The translations under genes were made by a program, and so were the position numbers. The notes beneath the pieces were generated by a model. It was not told the DNA's origin. It did not search any database and saw only the letters and a list, made by a program, of their open reading frames with translations. DNA of 64,000 nt from IMG/VR virus record IMGVR_UViG_3300045988_114239; one strand, 5' to 3'. Of the stretch, positions 35,027-45,299 are shown in pieces (position 1 is the first letter of the stretch; every line of letters begins with the position of its first letter). This DNA comes from a virus.

Positions 35027-38000
35027 CTACTTGTAGCTAACATCATCGTCCCCTTCCGAATCAGGAGTAGCGCCGATGAAGAACATCATTGACTTGTTGT
35101 TCGTCTGCTGCCACCAATTATAGGCGCGCGCTACGTCTTCCGGCGTCTTGATATTATACCATTGTTTGATAAACGTCTGTTTGGCGAGTTGCCTAAATAA
35201 CTTAGACTCTCCCTTGTATGTACCGGATGTTACTTTATCAAGTGAATAATTCCTAAGATCGGTAAGATCCTTCAGTTTTCGCCCCATAACAAACGGATCG
35301 TTAATGATATCTACCACGTTAAGCTCCATAATAAACGGCATCTGTGAAGCTATTTCGTTTATGGTTCTGAATCCGACATAGGATCCAAATTGAGTAAGCC
35401 AACTTTCTTCGTTTTCATCATCATCACGCCATCCGGCAAGAAGCATAGATACGGCCTGCATGATAAGGAACGTGCCGGCATAGACACTGAGACGTTTGAG
35501 ATTGGTTTTCTCTACCTCATTCATATTGTCTTTATTTTCGTTCCAGGCATCTATGATGTTTTTCATACCAGACTCGGAAGCTAAGCTAAATGTTTTGGCT
35601 ATCATATTCTTTAACGTAATTGACAACCCTTCCTCTTCTTGCATTGTCTGGAAATTGAAGCCACGTCTTTTCCACAGACGTTGAGCCGCCAGCACCAACC
35701 ATCCTCGGTGGGCGGTCATGAACCTGGCTATCCAGTTGCGCGATGCGGCAGTTCGGTTTTCTTCATTCAAAGATCCGTTGCATATCTGCGACAAGCTACG
35801 AACTTGATTTCTGGTTATAGCCATCTGGGTTTCAACTTCCTCAACAGTAACACCCGATCCTGGCTTTACAACCACCTTCCCATCCACGACGTCTACCATA
35901 CTCCATAAAGTACGATCTTTTAATGCGTTCCATTCTCTTTTTATGGTACTCTGTTCTTTATTGCGTTCTTTTTCCATCTTGAAATCTTGGAACGTGTAGA
36001 ACCGGCCTTTGTAATAACGAACATTGTCCATAGTAGCAATCATAACCTGCGGATCAAGAGGGTAGTTCAGGATTTCCATAAAAGCATACATAGGCGAACG
36101 CATTAAGGTCCTGGCCGCTCTATTGTATCCGGCACCATACATACGATTTCGGATATTGAATATCCCCATTCTCTCACCTATGACATATAATTTGCTTTTC
36201 CTATCTATGTCTCCGGTTTCTGCTATACAAGATGGCGCAAGACGTGAAAACTCAGCCGATGCGTATTTAAGGGAGTCTTTGCTTATATACTGTCCTACGG
36301 CAGATTCCATGATGAGGTTGATATGACCTGTCAGGGCGCCGGTAGCTGCCACAAACGGAGACAGTGCCAAGTTCATAACCGACATAAATCTTCCAACAGC
36401 CATCATAATTCTTGTAAGGTCTACCGTATATCCTCCGATGTTCACCGTAAGTTTTTTGGTGTTCATCCTAATGCCATAATAATGATCGTTGAAGAAGTCC
36501 CTAAACATCTGATATGCTTGGGTTGCTTCAGCCTTCTTACCGCCCTCAAATTGTTTGTTCAGCAACATCTGCTCCAGTCCTTGGGCAAGCTCTATAGACT
36601 TCTGCTTTTCGTTGTATAACGATGACTGCATCATAAGCATCGAATAAGAGTAGCCAAAATCGTGAGATACATCATCTTGGTTCTCCAATTCATATATGTA
36701 GTATTTAGGTATAGACCTAAGTCTGTCTTCCGGGTCATATACTTCCCCTTGCCTGGTCTTACCATATAGAGAATCGTCTACTCTGTCCAGGCACAGATCT
36801 GATACAAAATTACGAACCGTATTTTTGAAGTTAATACCCAATCCTTCCATACGTTCTATGTCTTGTTTTGATATCTGTGGAATAGCATACAAATTGGGAC
36901 TCTGCTCTTTGTATAGATCAAGGGATTGTCTTTTTATTTCCTTGAGTTTTTGAATCATATTCCACTGCTCTACGTTTTTAGTAGCAACTTCATTACCGTC
37001 AGCATCATACTTGATACCAAAGTCATTGAAATACGATTCATCACGATACAGGCTTTTCTTAGGCATGCGATGACCATACCCATGATCTTTTACATAATCA
37101 GGATTACGGCCGCTATTTTCGGCTTCAGATTCAGCCACCCATGCCCTTGCAGGATCGAAAGACAGGTACGATATGTCCATGCCATAATCTTGGGTGGATG
37201 TACCGTTTTGTACGTCCTTAACCATCTGCGCCACATCTATCTCACCTCGACCTATTTTGTCGATCATGGCCGCATATCCGGTAGGCGCCATGCGTTTATA
37301 GTACGAAAAGACCTGGCTCCTGGCAAATTCATTAACAATAGCATTGGTCTCTTCTATGCCCTCTTCTCTTGTGTTATTTAAAAATAAGCTGGCCATCTTA
37401 GCATTAACAGCATTCCTGAAATCTCTACCGTCTAATTCTTTGCTTATACCAAGCTTTTCTGACAGGTAGTTGGTTTCAGATACGGTAAACAGATATCGGT
37501 TATCAGCAGCCTTAAACAGCTTATCCCTTAAAGCCTGAATCCTTTTTGCTTTCTTCGCCGTAGTATGACGTTGTACGAACTTCCATTCCACTTCCTTGGA
37601 GTCAGCAAGAGCATTTAAATAAGACTGATTTACTTCGTTTTCGGCCTTACTGCTTTTAGTAAGGTACTTATCAATATCTTCAAGACCCACCATCTTAGCA
37701 TAATCTATTAAGATAGCGTAATCAGCTTCAATAGCTTCAGATGCGGCCCTAAAAGCATCTCTTTCAGATGAGGTAAATGTCGCTTCGTTAATTTCTCCGA
37801 TATCAGCCACATCTCGGTTGTTTCCGATTATTTCCTTGATAATGGCCTTATTTTTTTCTATATCTTTCACAATCGAATCCACGTCAGTCGCATCTCTATC
37901 ACTTGTCGTAGAACTAATGATATCATGCGCCATTTTAAGATACGAAGCCTTGTTATTTGATTCGGTACGCGCCGACTGTTCCGATTCTACTTCATTCCAA

Positions 38001-41000
38001 AACCGATCATTGAACGACAGGTGACCTCCCAACATAAGTGTCTTCAGCGCAGCTTCTCCTCCCGACTCGCTCTGAATCGTTCTTAATTTTTGCAAAAACG
38101 ATTCTGATACGGCATTGGTAACATTATTTGATTCCTTTCTCCAAACTTCATTTATAGCTTGTATTTCTTTAGCCATCTTAAGTTGGTCGCCGGTTTTTTC
38201 CACTCTCCTGGTTCCTACATATATGTATTCTGAAGCTGCTTCTTTACGTTGTTTACGAAGCAGTCCTTCTTCTTCGTAATTGCTGCTTTTAAAATAGGCA
38301 ACTTCATCAAAATTACCACCGCTATCAATAAAAGGCTGCCTCAATATCCGTTTTTGCCGGGATAGGGCATTAAGGTATTCTTTGGTTGTTTGAGAAACCG
38401 GATACCCTAATTCTTCTTCAGCCTTTTTGTATATGGATTCCATTCTTGTGGCATAACTTTCGCTAAATTCCAGTTCCGAATTTTCAGCATCCCACTTTTC
38501 CATCTGTTCTGTATAAATCTTTTCCTGCTCGATGGTAAAAATATCGGTATTAACTCTATCAGACGATGGTTTGAATTTAGCGTTTTCAGTAACCGTATTT
38601 CCGTCCTTGTCAACTACTTCTCTTTTAAATACGTAATTACGATTATTGTCAACCACATCATTGATTTCTTCTTCTGATATTTCTATGTTCATGGCAGCCG
38701 CAAACGCACGCATCTGTGCCAGTTTCTTATTACGATCGTATTTAGCCATATCAAGAGCACTACGAAGGTAATTAGAAGTTTTGCCGTCTACTTTCTGAAG
38801 CAGTTTTTCAAATTCAGATTTGTTAAAACCATGCTTTTTAGCATATGCCAGGAAGTCGGATATGGCGGGCTGGGCATTCACCATCGCATTGTAATTGTCT
38901 TTTGCAATCATAGCTCCAAGAACGTTATTGAACGGACTGGAAGAATGCTCTAATATACCGAACCACCTACTTATCCAAGAAACATCGTGTTGAACCTTGT
39001 CAAAAAATTCTTTTACTCTCTTTACCTTATCTGCCGGCACATGAAGTTCGTTCATTAACTTATCAAGCAACGTACTTTCATCAAGGTCTTGTACTGATTT
39101 AATATCAGACTGAATACCATTGATGTCGGCAATGACGGTATTGATCCTATTTGTATAATCCTGCTTTTCACGTTCATCAAATTCGGTACTTCTGTTACGG
39201 ATATATCCTCGAAGATCGTTCATGATCGGAAGAACCTGATTGTTGATAATATCTACGTTCTTTCGATCATTGGTATTGAAGTGAAGCTTACCGTCTTTGG
39301 TATCACCATGAAGGATGGTGTTTACCACATTACTTAAGTATCTGACCTGAGCTTCGGCTGTGGAGATCATGCTGTTCATGGCAGCCGCCATCTCATTCTT
39401 GTCTATTTCGGTCTCTACCTTATTTATCTTATCTTCTATGGTCTTAAGCTGAGCAAGAGTCATAGACGTAGTTACAGCCCTATCAGAGCTTATCTGACGT
39501 AAGTCTCTTAAGGTTTTTCTTAGTGATCTGATCTTAGACTCAAGAAACTTGTTCTTGTTCATAGAAGAAAGAGAGTATAATGTAAAATCATTATCCTTTA
39601 ACAGAGAGGTGTCAAATCCTTTATCTATGTCGGTAATAGCAAGATCACGAATGTTTTTAATAACGTTATTCAAATCTTGTCTTTGGGTTGATAAAGCTGA
39701 TTTAAGCCAGCTTACGATTCCAGAGAAAAGCTGCCGGACGCGCCCCAGGAAGGAGGTGGGCTCTACCGGCGCCTGTGCTGTGCCGGTCTGCATCTCCCTG
39801 GCGAGGATCTTTCCAAGAATTTCTCTCCTAACAGCATTATCAAGTTCAGAGCCTTCATATACCTTACCGTATGTATTATAATACTGACCTGCATACTGAT
39901 TCCATTCTTCAGTGCCTTCTACATCTTGCAGAACAGCCTCAACAGCATTCTGATCTCTGTACGCCTCTACGAGAAAGTGTGCTGTTTCTTCTACTAAGTC
40001 AGACAAAGTAGCATCTTCACCAACTGCTATTACGTTATTAGCAATATCCGCCAATGCCTTAGCAGAAGGTTCGTGCCCGTATTTGGTTTGGTACTTCTCT
40101 ATATAGTCGGTCATACCTATGACACTAACGCCAAGCGTTTTCAGTATCTCGACAATAGAATTTCGTTGGTCACGTTCCTGCCTGCTATAATCTGATACGA
40201 TCTTAGCTTTAGTATCAGCATAAAGATCGTTATCTTCTAATATGAATGAAACTACAAGCGCATCAAAATGATCGTACTTGGCGTCCAATTCATTGTATCT
40301 TCCTGACTTAAGATCGTTCTTTATCTGTTCCCTACTAACCCTTTCCGTTCCTCCGGTGGCGAGTCTCATAGTTACCTTACTGTTATCCAACGAGCTTATG
40401 GTTATCATACCTTGGTCGTTCATGGAAACATCGGAACCAAAATGATTACGGAGCTCGGTGTATGATAAGGCTGAATTGAAAAGTCTAATTTGTCCTGTAT
40501 AACCTTCTCCTGTAAGATAATAGCTTCTTGTTTCAGAATCGAATATCTTAGATCCTGACAAAAGACCTTTCTTTATAAGGTAGTTAATTATCCCGCCTTT
40601 TGTTGATAAAGAAGTAGAAGCAGAAGCGGTCATGACCGGTATAAAAGACTTGGGATTATTAAGAACATACTTTCCAGCTTTGTAAGTAATGTCTGCCACG
40701 CCATCCACGGTAGATTCTTGAACGGTTCCTGATAAGAATCCTATTCTAATATCATTCCCGCCAGAGCGAAGAGCTTCTCCGTAATCTTCAAATAATTGAC
40801 TACGATCGTTCATGAAAAACAAACGAGGCTCTCCAGTCTGATACGTTACACCCACAGGATTAGAATCTGTTTCTGGTAGCTCTTCTGGGCTAAATATCTT
40901 AAGACCGTCTTTTATAACCATATAATTAACACCCTTATCCTGTACCATAGATACGGGGGTGAAGTCCGAAGATATAGTATCTTGTAGATACTGACCGGCG

Positions 41001-41449
41001 TCTATTCCAGGTCCTTCCGGTACGGAAATACTTGACGGAACCATAGCATCCACCAACATAATATTATCACCCAGATCTTGGCTGTAGAATCCAAAGCCCG
41101 ATTCTCGGATTTCATAAGGTGCATCTGATTTTGACACAAGAACAGGATTACTCATCTTAGAAGCCTTATCCAGCACCCTTTCTCTATAGGCTTCCGGAAT
41201 AAGGCCGATGTTGGATTTTACCTTATTATAAGCCTGTTTATTAACAGGTACCCTCCTTCTCCAGTCGCCAAAAGCCTTTAAGAACTTATTAGAAAATACG
41301 GTTTTAAAAACAGTAGTAGCCCGTTCCCTGTTTTCCATAAGAGGAATAGATGCTATTTTATCAAACAACATAGACCTGTCCCCTGATCTGGTAGAGACAG
41401 AAACAACTTTCTTTTTATTATCTCTTTTAATAATACACGTTGATACCAT
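35027..41449 (-). CDS. Giant 2140-aa protein (candidate virion/ejected protein; candidate virion RNAP-like)
   Basis: Uninterrupted 6.4-kb ORF. Function was not determinable by eye. A DxDGN-like motif YDADGNE occurs at ~aa 1500. Confidence 0.9.
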   Translation of the reverse strand: MVSTCIIKRDNKKKVVSVSTRSGDRSMLFDKIASIPLMENRERATTVFKTVFSNKFLKAFGDWRRRVPVNKQAYNKVKSNIGLIPEAYRERVLDKASKMSNPVLVSKSDAPYEIRESGFGFYSQDLGDNIMLVDAMVPSSISVPEGPGIDAGQYLQDTISSDFTPVSMVQDKGVNYMVIKDGLKIFSPEELPETDSNPVGVTYQTGEPRLFFMNDRSQLFEDYGEALRSGGNDIRIGFLSGTVQESTVDGVADITYKAGKYVLNNPKSFIPVMTASASTSLSTKGGIINYLIKKGLLSGSKIFDSETRSYYLTGEGYTGQIRLFNSALSYTELRNHFGSDVSMNDQGMITISSLDNSKVTMRLATGGTERVSREQIKNDLKSGRYNELDAKYDHFDALVVSFILEDNDLYADTKAKIVSDYSRQERDQRNSIVEILKTLGVSVIGMTDYIEKYQTKYGHEPSAKALADIANNVIAVGEDATLSDLVEETAHFLVEAYRDQNAVEAVLQDVEGTEEWNQYAGQYYNTYGKVYEGSELDNAVRREILGKILAREMQTGTAQAPVEPTSFLGRVRQLFSGIVSWLKSALSTQRQDLNNVIKNIRDLAITDIDKGFDTSLLKDNDFTLYSLSSMNKNKFLESKIRSLRKTLRDLRQISSDRAVTTSMTLAQLKTIEDKINKVETEIDKNEMAAAMNSMISTAEAQVRYLSNVVNTILHGDTKDGKLHFNTNDRKNVDIINNQVLPIMNDLRGYIRNRSTEFDEREKQDYTNRINTVIADINGIQSDIKSVQDLDESTLLDKLMNELHVPADKVKRVKEFFDKVQHDVSWISRWFGILEHSSSPFNNVLGAMIAKDNYNAMVNAQPAISDFLAYAKKHGFNKSEFEKLLQKVDGKTSNYLRSALDMAKYDRNKKLAQMRAFAAAMNIEISEEEINDVVDNNRNYVFKREVVDKDGNTVTENAKFKPSSDRVNTDIFTIEQEKIYTEQMEKWDAENSELEFSESYATRMESIYKKAEEELGYPVSQTTKEYLNALSRQKRILRQPFIDSGGNFDEVAYFKSSNYEEEGLLRKQRKEAASEYIYVGTRRVEKTGDQLKMAKEIQAINEVWRKESNNVTNAVSESFLQKLRTIQSESGGEAALKTLMLGGHLSFNDRFWNEVESEQSARTESNNKASYLKMAHDIISSTTSDRDATDVDSIVKDIEKNKAIIKEIIGNNRDVADIGEINEATFTSSERDAFRAASEAIEADYAILIDYAKMVGLEDIDKYLTKSSKAENEVNQSYLNALADSKEVEWKFVQRHTTAKKAKRIQALRDKLFKAADNRYLFTVSETNYLSEKLGISKELDGRDFRNAVNAKMASLFLNNTREEGIEETNAIVNEFARSQVFSYYKRMAPTGYAAMIDKIGRGEIDVAQMVKDVQNGTSTQDYGMDISYLSFDPARAWVAESEAENSGRNPDYVKDHGYGHRMPKKSLYRDESYFNDFGIKYDADGNEVATKNVEQWNMIQKLKEIKRQSLDLYKEQSPNLYAIPQISKQDIERMEGLGINFKNTVRNFVSDLCLDRVDDSLYGKTRQGEVYDPEDRLRSIPKYYIYELENQDDVSHDFGYSYSMLMMQSSLYNEKQKSIELAQGLEQMLLNKQFEGGKKAEATQAYQMFRDFFNDHYYGIRMNTKKLTVNIGGYTVDLTRIMMAVGRFMSVMNLALSPFVAATGALTGHINLIMESAVGQYISKDSLKYASAEFSRLAPSCIAETGDIDRKSKLYVIGERMGIFNIRNRMYGAGYNRAARTLMRSPMYAFMEILNYPLDPQVMIATMDNVRYYKGRFYTFQDFKMEKERNKEQSTIKREWNALKDRTLWSMVDVVDGKVVVKPGSGVTVEEVETQMAITRNQVRSLSQICNGSLNEENRTAASRNWIARFMTAHRGWLVLAAQRLWKRRGFNFQTMQEEEGLSITLKNMIAKTFSLASESGMKNIIDAWNENKDNMNEVEKTNLKRLSVYAGTFLIMQAVSMLLAGWRDDDENEESWLTQFGSYVGFRTINEIASQMPFIMELNVVDIINDPFVMGRKLKDLTDLRNYSLDKVTSGTYKGESKLFRQLAKQTFIKQWYNIKTPEDVARAYNWWQQTNNKSMMFFIGATPDSEGDDDVSYK

Positions 41450-41588
41450 GATAAAACATTTTTGTTATGTGACAAAGGTAATTAAAAATCAGGCACATGT
41501 TAAAAACAAAGCCGTCTAACTTCCCAGTCTGACGGCTTAATATAAATACGAAAAAAAATATAATCTGACGTAAATCGTCAAGTTACGC

Positions 41589-41912
41589 TTATGCATTATA
41601 TTTGTACCCATTTCTATGAATAAACCTTCCTGATTCAAAGCGCTCAATATCTTCAGGGCAAATAGGACCCGAATCCTCTCTCCTGGCTTCAAACCAAAGC
41701 CCCGGCTTACGAAGTCGGCAAGTTATGATATAGTTAAAGCAATTGTGCGTAAAATGGAAAACAGATCCTACAGGGAAATACCTATCAGCTTGAAATACGA
41801 TTCTTTTTCGTTTAGTATCAAACGTGATATCTCCTACTATCTTAGCCACGTAATAGCTTCTGCCATTTAACGTTTCATCTGTTTGTGGTATCCAATAATA
41901 ACCTCTTGCCAT
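41589..41912 (-). CDS. hypothetical protein
   Basis: 107-aa ORF. Confidence 0.5.
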   Translation of the reverse strand: MARGYYWIPQTDETLNGRSYYVAKIVGDITFDTKRKRIVFQADRYFPVGSVFHFTHNCFNYIITCRLRKPGLWFEARREDSGPICPEDIERFESGRFIHRNGYKYNA

Positions 41913-41950
41913 GCCACAAATATATGAAAAAGTCGGATAACTTACGTACC

Positions 41951-42262
41951 CTACTCTATTATTTGTTTAAATAGTCCAATTTCATCTATTTTGACATGAC
42001 CGCTTTGCATACGACCATTATTAGGATTATGTAGAAAATTGAAACCACTTTCTTTTTCCTGTCTTTCAAAAGAGCTGATATCCTTTCCTCTACGGGCTCT
42101 TTCAAAAGCTTTATTGAACAACTTGCCTCTAAAGGTCTTGACGAGGATCTTGGTAGCGTTATTGCCGGCTCTTACCATTGCTTTCCTTGCCCGGTCCTCC
42201 GAGACAAAACTGCTTCGGAAAATATACGATGCTGCTGCTTGTATATCTTGTTTAGTAATCAT
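41951..42262 (-). CDS. hypothetical protein
   Basis: 103-aa ORF. Confidence 0.5.
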   Translation of the reverse strand: MITKQDIQAAASYIFRSSFVSEDRARKAMVRAGNNATKILVKTFRGKLFNKAFERARRGKDISSFERQEKESGFNFLHNPNNGRMQSGHVKIDEIGLFKQIIE

Positions 42263-42612
42263 ATGCCAAACATTCCTTTCAAGATACTATTTTTTATACT
42301 ATATATCAATTTCATCTCATCTCTATCATATACGCCAAAAAAGGATTCACTGGGGTCCTTTGGATTTACGCTCAGTTGAATTATACAATTGTAAAGATAG
42401 ACCTTAAGTTCATAATTATCAGAGTATCTATCCCGTATGGTTTCAAATGTCTTAATTAATTCTTCAACAAGTACTCTGCTAAATGAAAAAGGTTCTCTAC
42501 AATCACCTTTAAATATGATATGATTTAAATCATTGGTATTATCAAATTCGTACTCTACCCGACTGTCGTCCATCATATCATAAGTGATTGACTTTTTGAT
42601 TTTAAATCCCAT
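42259..42612 (-). CDS. hypothetical protein
   Basis: 117-aa ORF with a 4-nt overlap. Confidence 0.5.
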   Translation of the reverse strand: MGFKIKKSITYDMMDDSRVEYEFDNTNDLNHIIFKGDCREPFSFSRVLVEELIKTFETIRDRYSDNYELKVYLYNCIIQLSVNPKDPSESFFGVYDRDEMKLIYSIKNSILKGMFGI

Positions 42613-42630
42613 ATTATTTTGTTTTTTTAG

Positions 42631-42936
42631 TTAATATAGATCTTCTGAATACAATTGTTCTCTAATGGCACTCCTATCTACTACCATTTCCTGATTATTG
42701 CTCTTAACAAGTTCAGATGCCTCCTCTCTTGTTAGAAACCGGTTCTTGCTTGTCAAAAATCCTTGAACACTGCGGTTTTTATGAGCAATACCATAAGCTG
42801 CAAACTGAGAAATGATAGAACAATGTCTCAATCCACAGAACACGGCGCCGGATGGTATGTTGATGGGCTGATGGGGACGCTTCTTGCCGTCCTGCACCCA
42901 GATGGCGGCGCATATTACTATTTCTTTATTACACAT
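42631..42936 (-). CDS. hypothetical protein
   Basis: 101-aa ORF. Confidence 0.5.
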   Translation of the reverse strand: MCNKEIVICAAIWVQDGKKRPHQPINIPSGAVFCGLRHCSIISQFAAYGIAHKNRSVQGFLTSKNRFLTREEASELVKSNNQEMVVDRSAIREQLYSEDLY

Positions 42937-42938
42937 GA

Positions 42939-43214
42939 CTATAAATTTAATATTCCGTTTTTACCAATATGTTTCTTTTCTTCTTTAGTGGGCCATTCTT
43001 TCTTGAACTTACCGTGCCACGTTCCAGGAACTACCACCAGTTCGTCCTCCTTACTATATTCAATAGCGGCACATTCAGAACAAAGAGGCTTGCCTTCATA
43101 TCCTTTTAAAGATTCATCGTAAATACGATTCTTACAAGGTCTTATAAGAGCCCAGTAACATGATGTGGCTGTATTATCTATACAGCCACATTTTGAACAT
43201 ACAAACAAACTCAT
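42939..43214 (-). CDS. Zn-ribbon protein (CSKCGC...C...CSEC)
   Basis: 91-aa ORF. Confidence 0.5.
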   Translation of the reverse strand: MSLFVCSKCGCIDNTATSCYWALIRPCKNRIYDESLKGYEGKPLCSECAAIEYSKEDELVVVPGTWHGKFKKEWPTKEEKKHIGKNGILNL

Positions 43215-44074
43215 TCCGCCATCTCCCAGTCATTAGACATAATATCATGTTCGGTTGGATTCCAATTTGATGCTACTTTTTGACCTGTATCTACCATCAA
43301 TATATTTACGTCAAACATACAGATATACTTTTTACCCCAATCGATTCTTTTTATCTTACGACCTAATTTAAGCCGTTCTAAAGCCTGTTCGAATGTCATG
43401 CCACGACGAGGCAGTTTGAGATACTTTTTAAGTCTGTCGGCAGCTTCATTTGGTGTATGGCCATCGTATTCGAAAGCGGTTTCTCTTTCAGGAACATCAA
43501 ACAAATCCCAGTATTTGCTTTCATAGTGATTAGATACCTGACCGGTAGGTAGGATCGCCATCACAATAAACCAATCATCAGAACCGAAGCATTTTTCTCC
43601 GTCGCTGTGTCTCCTTGATTTGCAAACTTCAACCTGTCCATTTCTGGCTAATAGATTAAAGAAGGCAGCGTTATACAACATGCTATACCGATACAATTCA
43701 TTGAAAGTGTGGTATCCGTCAGAGACTTCTCCCACGTCTACAGGCTTCTTGTTTTGAATACTACCCAAAATCTTCTCTACATAGAGCTGTATTTTATACA
43801 GACCCATTTCGGTGTGGCCGTATTTGTTCAAGATATTATTGACATCGTATTGTATATTAAAATCTTTTTCAAATTCTACTTCAGGATGATTAGGATAGTA
43901 GTAATCTACTGATGCTTCTAACACAGACTTGATATGCTCTACTATCCTCGTGGCATCATCATGTTTTAAGAAATTCTTGAATCCCTCAACGAATTTAATA
44001 TCTTCTTCGATTGTTGATTCGAACTCTTCTTTTGTCATTACTCTAATCACATCTTTAAAATCTTTTAATTCCAT
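43211..44074 (-). CDS. Two-domain protein with C-terminal DUF2829/Tad2-like domain (MTFEQALERLKLGRKIKRIDWGKKYI...WNPTEHDIMSNDWEM)
   Basis: The C-terminal ~65 aa match the remembered DUF2829 signature M.F.EAL..LK.GKK..R.GW ... W.P...D..A.DWE. Confidence 0.5.
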   Translation of the reverse strand: MELKDFKDVIRVMTKEEFESTIEEDIKFVEGFKNFLKHDDATRIVEHIKSVLEASVDYYYPNHPEVEFEKDFNIQYDVNNILNKYGHTEMGLYKIQLYVEKILGSIQNKKPVDVGEVSDGYHTFNELYRYSMLYNAAFFNLLARNGQVEVCKSRRHSDGEKCFGSDDWFIVMAILPTGQVSNHYESKYWDLFDVPERETAFEYDGHTPNEAADRLKKYLKLPRRGMTFEQALERLKLGRKIKRIDWGKKYICMFDVNILMVDTGQKVASNWNPTEHDIMSNDWEMAE

Positions 44075-44097
44075 GATTTGTTTTAAATTAATTGTTA

Positions 44098-44733
44098 CTA
44101 TACTTTCTTTATCCTACAATACAAACCCCACAAAAACTCAGCGGAGAAACTATCCCATACATTATTCTTCTGCCAAAGTTCTACTTTGTTAACAAACCAA
44201 GACCATGTGGGACCCTCATATGAAGAATCAGATGATGATCCCAATCCGATTTTCTCCATTTCATTCGCCACATCAGAATAAGGATCTAAATCGACTCCCC
44301 TAATCATGTTAATAACATCATCCTTGTCTAACGTAAATTGAAACCGCTCCTTGTTAGTAGGCGGATCTTGATTCAATTTACCAGTCGCAAGCCATTCTCC
44401 ATCATGATACAATTCGGCAAGTTTCTTTACATTATTTTTAAGAAAAGAATACTCTTGTATGACTTCCATAAAATCAGCTTCGTTAGCTTTACCCTCTATG
44501 AAGATAACGGTTTTGCTTCCAGGTCTATGATCGTCTAAGCTTGCCGGGATTCCCAATATCGTCCATCCTTTAAACTCAGCTATCTTAAAACGCATGACAT
44601 CAAACACCTTATAGAAATCATCACAATCTACAGATTCTATTACCTTAATATCCTCTTCTGTGAATTTACCTCGTATTGGAATAACGTGATGACCGGGGCA
44701 GCCATCGGTTCCGAAATATGCGATTCTAACCAC
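44098..44733 (-). CDS. hypothetical protein
   Basis: 211-aa ORF. Confidence 0.55.
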   Translation of the reverse strand: MVRIAYFGTDGCPGHHVIPIRGKFTEEDIKVIESVDCDDFYKVFDVMRFKIAEFKGWTILGIPASLDDHRPGSKTVIFIEGKANEADFMEVIQEYSFLKNNVKKLAELYHDGEWLATGKLNQDPPTNKERFQFTLDKDDVINMIRGVDLDPYSDVANEMEKIGLGSSSDSSYEGPTWSWFVNKVELWQKNNVWDSFSAEFLWGLYCRIKKV

Positions 44734-44753
44734 GATATTTACAATATTTTAAT

Positions 44754-44969
44754 TTATTTTGCTAAAACATTCATATAACATGGTACATCTACCACATCTC
44801 TTCTACGAAGTCCCTTATCAAAATAGGAAACCATATAAGTATTTTTACCTTCGTGATCAGGTCTGGGATCAAAACATTCAAAAACGAATCTTGTTATACC
44901 TTCCAAATGACCAAGCATGAAAACAAATTCGCCACTGTATCTTTTATTAGCCAATTCTTCTACAGTCAT
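44754..44969 (-). CDS. hypothetical protein
   Basis: 71-aa ORF. Confidence 0.45.
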   Translation of the reverse strand: MTVEELANKRYSGEFVFMLGHLEGITRFVFECFDPRPDHEGKNTYMVSYFDKGLRRRDVVDVPCYMNVLAK

Positions 44970-45193
44970 AATCTGTCCCCTCCTAATCCTGAATTGATGC
45001 TAACGTACTTAACACGGACATCATTTCCACGTCCAAGCTGACCCCAGCCGGGCGATGGCGTTCCCTTGGCCGGAGCAGGGACAGCCCTAAGCCGAGACCA
45101 GTCCTGCTTTTGTCTCATGGCGTCAGCCTCTTTGTAATACCGGTTACACAGTTCTTGATCTTCGTAACCAACGTAATCTTCCTTATTTTCCAT
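44966..45193 (-). CDS. hypothetical protein (inside a GC-rich island)
   Basis: 75-aa ORF with a 4-nt overlap. Confidence 0.4.
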   Translation of the reverse strand: MENKEDYVGYEDQELCNRYYKEADAMRQKQDWSRLRAVPAPAKGTPSPGWGQLGRGNDVRVKYVSINSGLGGDRL

Positions 45194-45263
45194 ATAGAAT
45201 ACTTTTTCAACAAAAGTACGACATTCATGAATTAATTAGATTTAAAATAAAACAATATGAATT

Positions 45264-45298
45264 AAAATAAAAACCCGATACGTTAAAATCGCATCGGG
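45264..45298 (-). terminator. Hairpin CCCGATACG/CGCATCGGG followed on the minus strand by TTTTTATTTT; alternatively the left-end hairpin of the TnpB element
   Basis: Direct reading. It lies between the TnpB insertion and the small-gene cluster. Confidence 0.4.
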
Positions 45299-45299
45299 C

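Noticed and set aside
35027-41449. Firm annotation of the 2140-aa protein as virion RNA polymerase
   Set aside because: Only a weak DxDGN-like segment was seen and the DPBB fold cannot be judged by eye, so it is kept as a candidate only.
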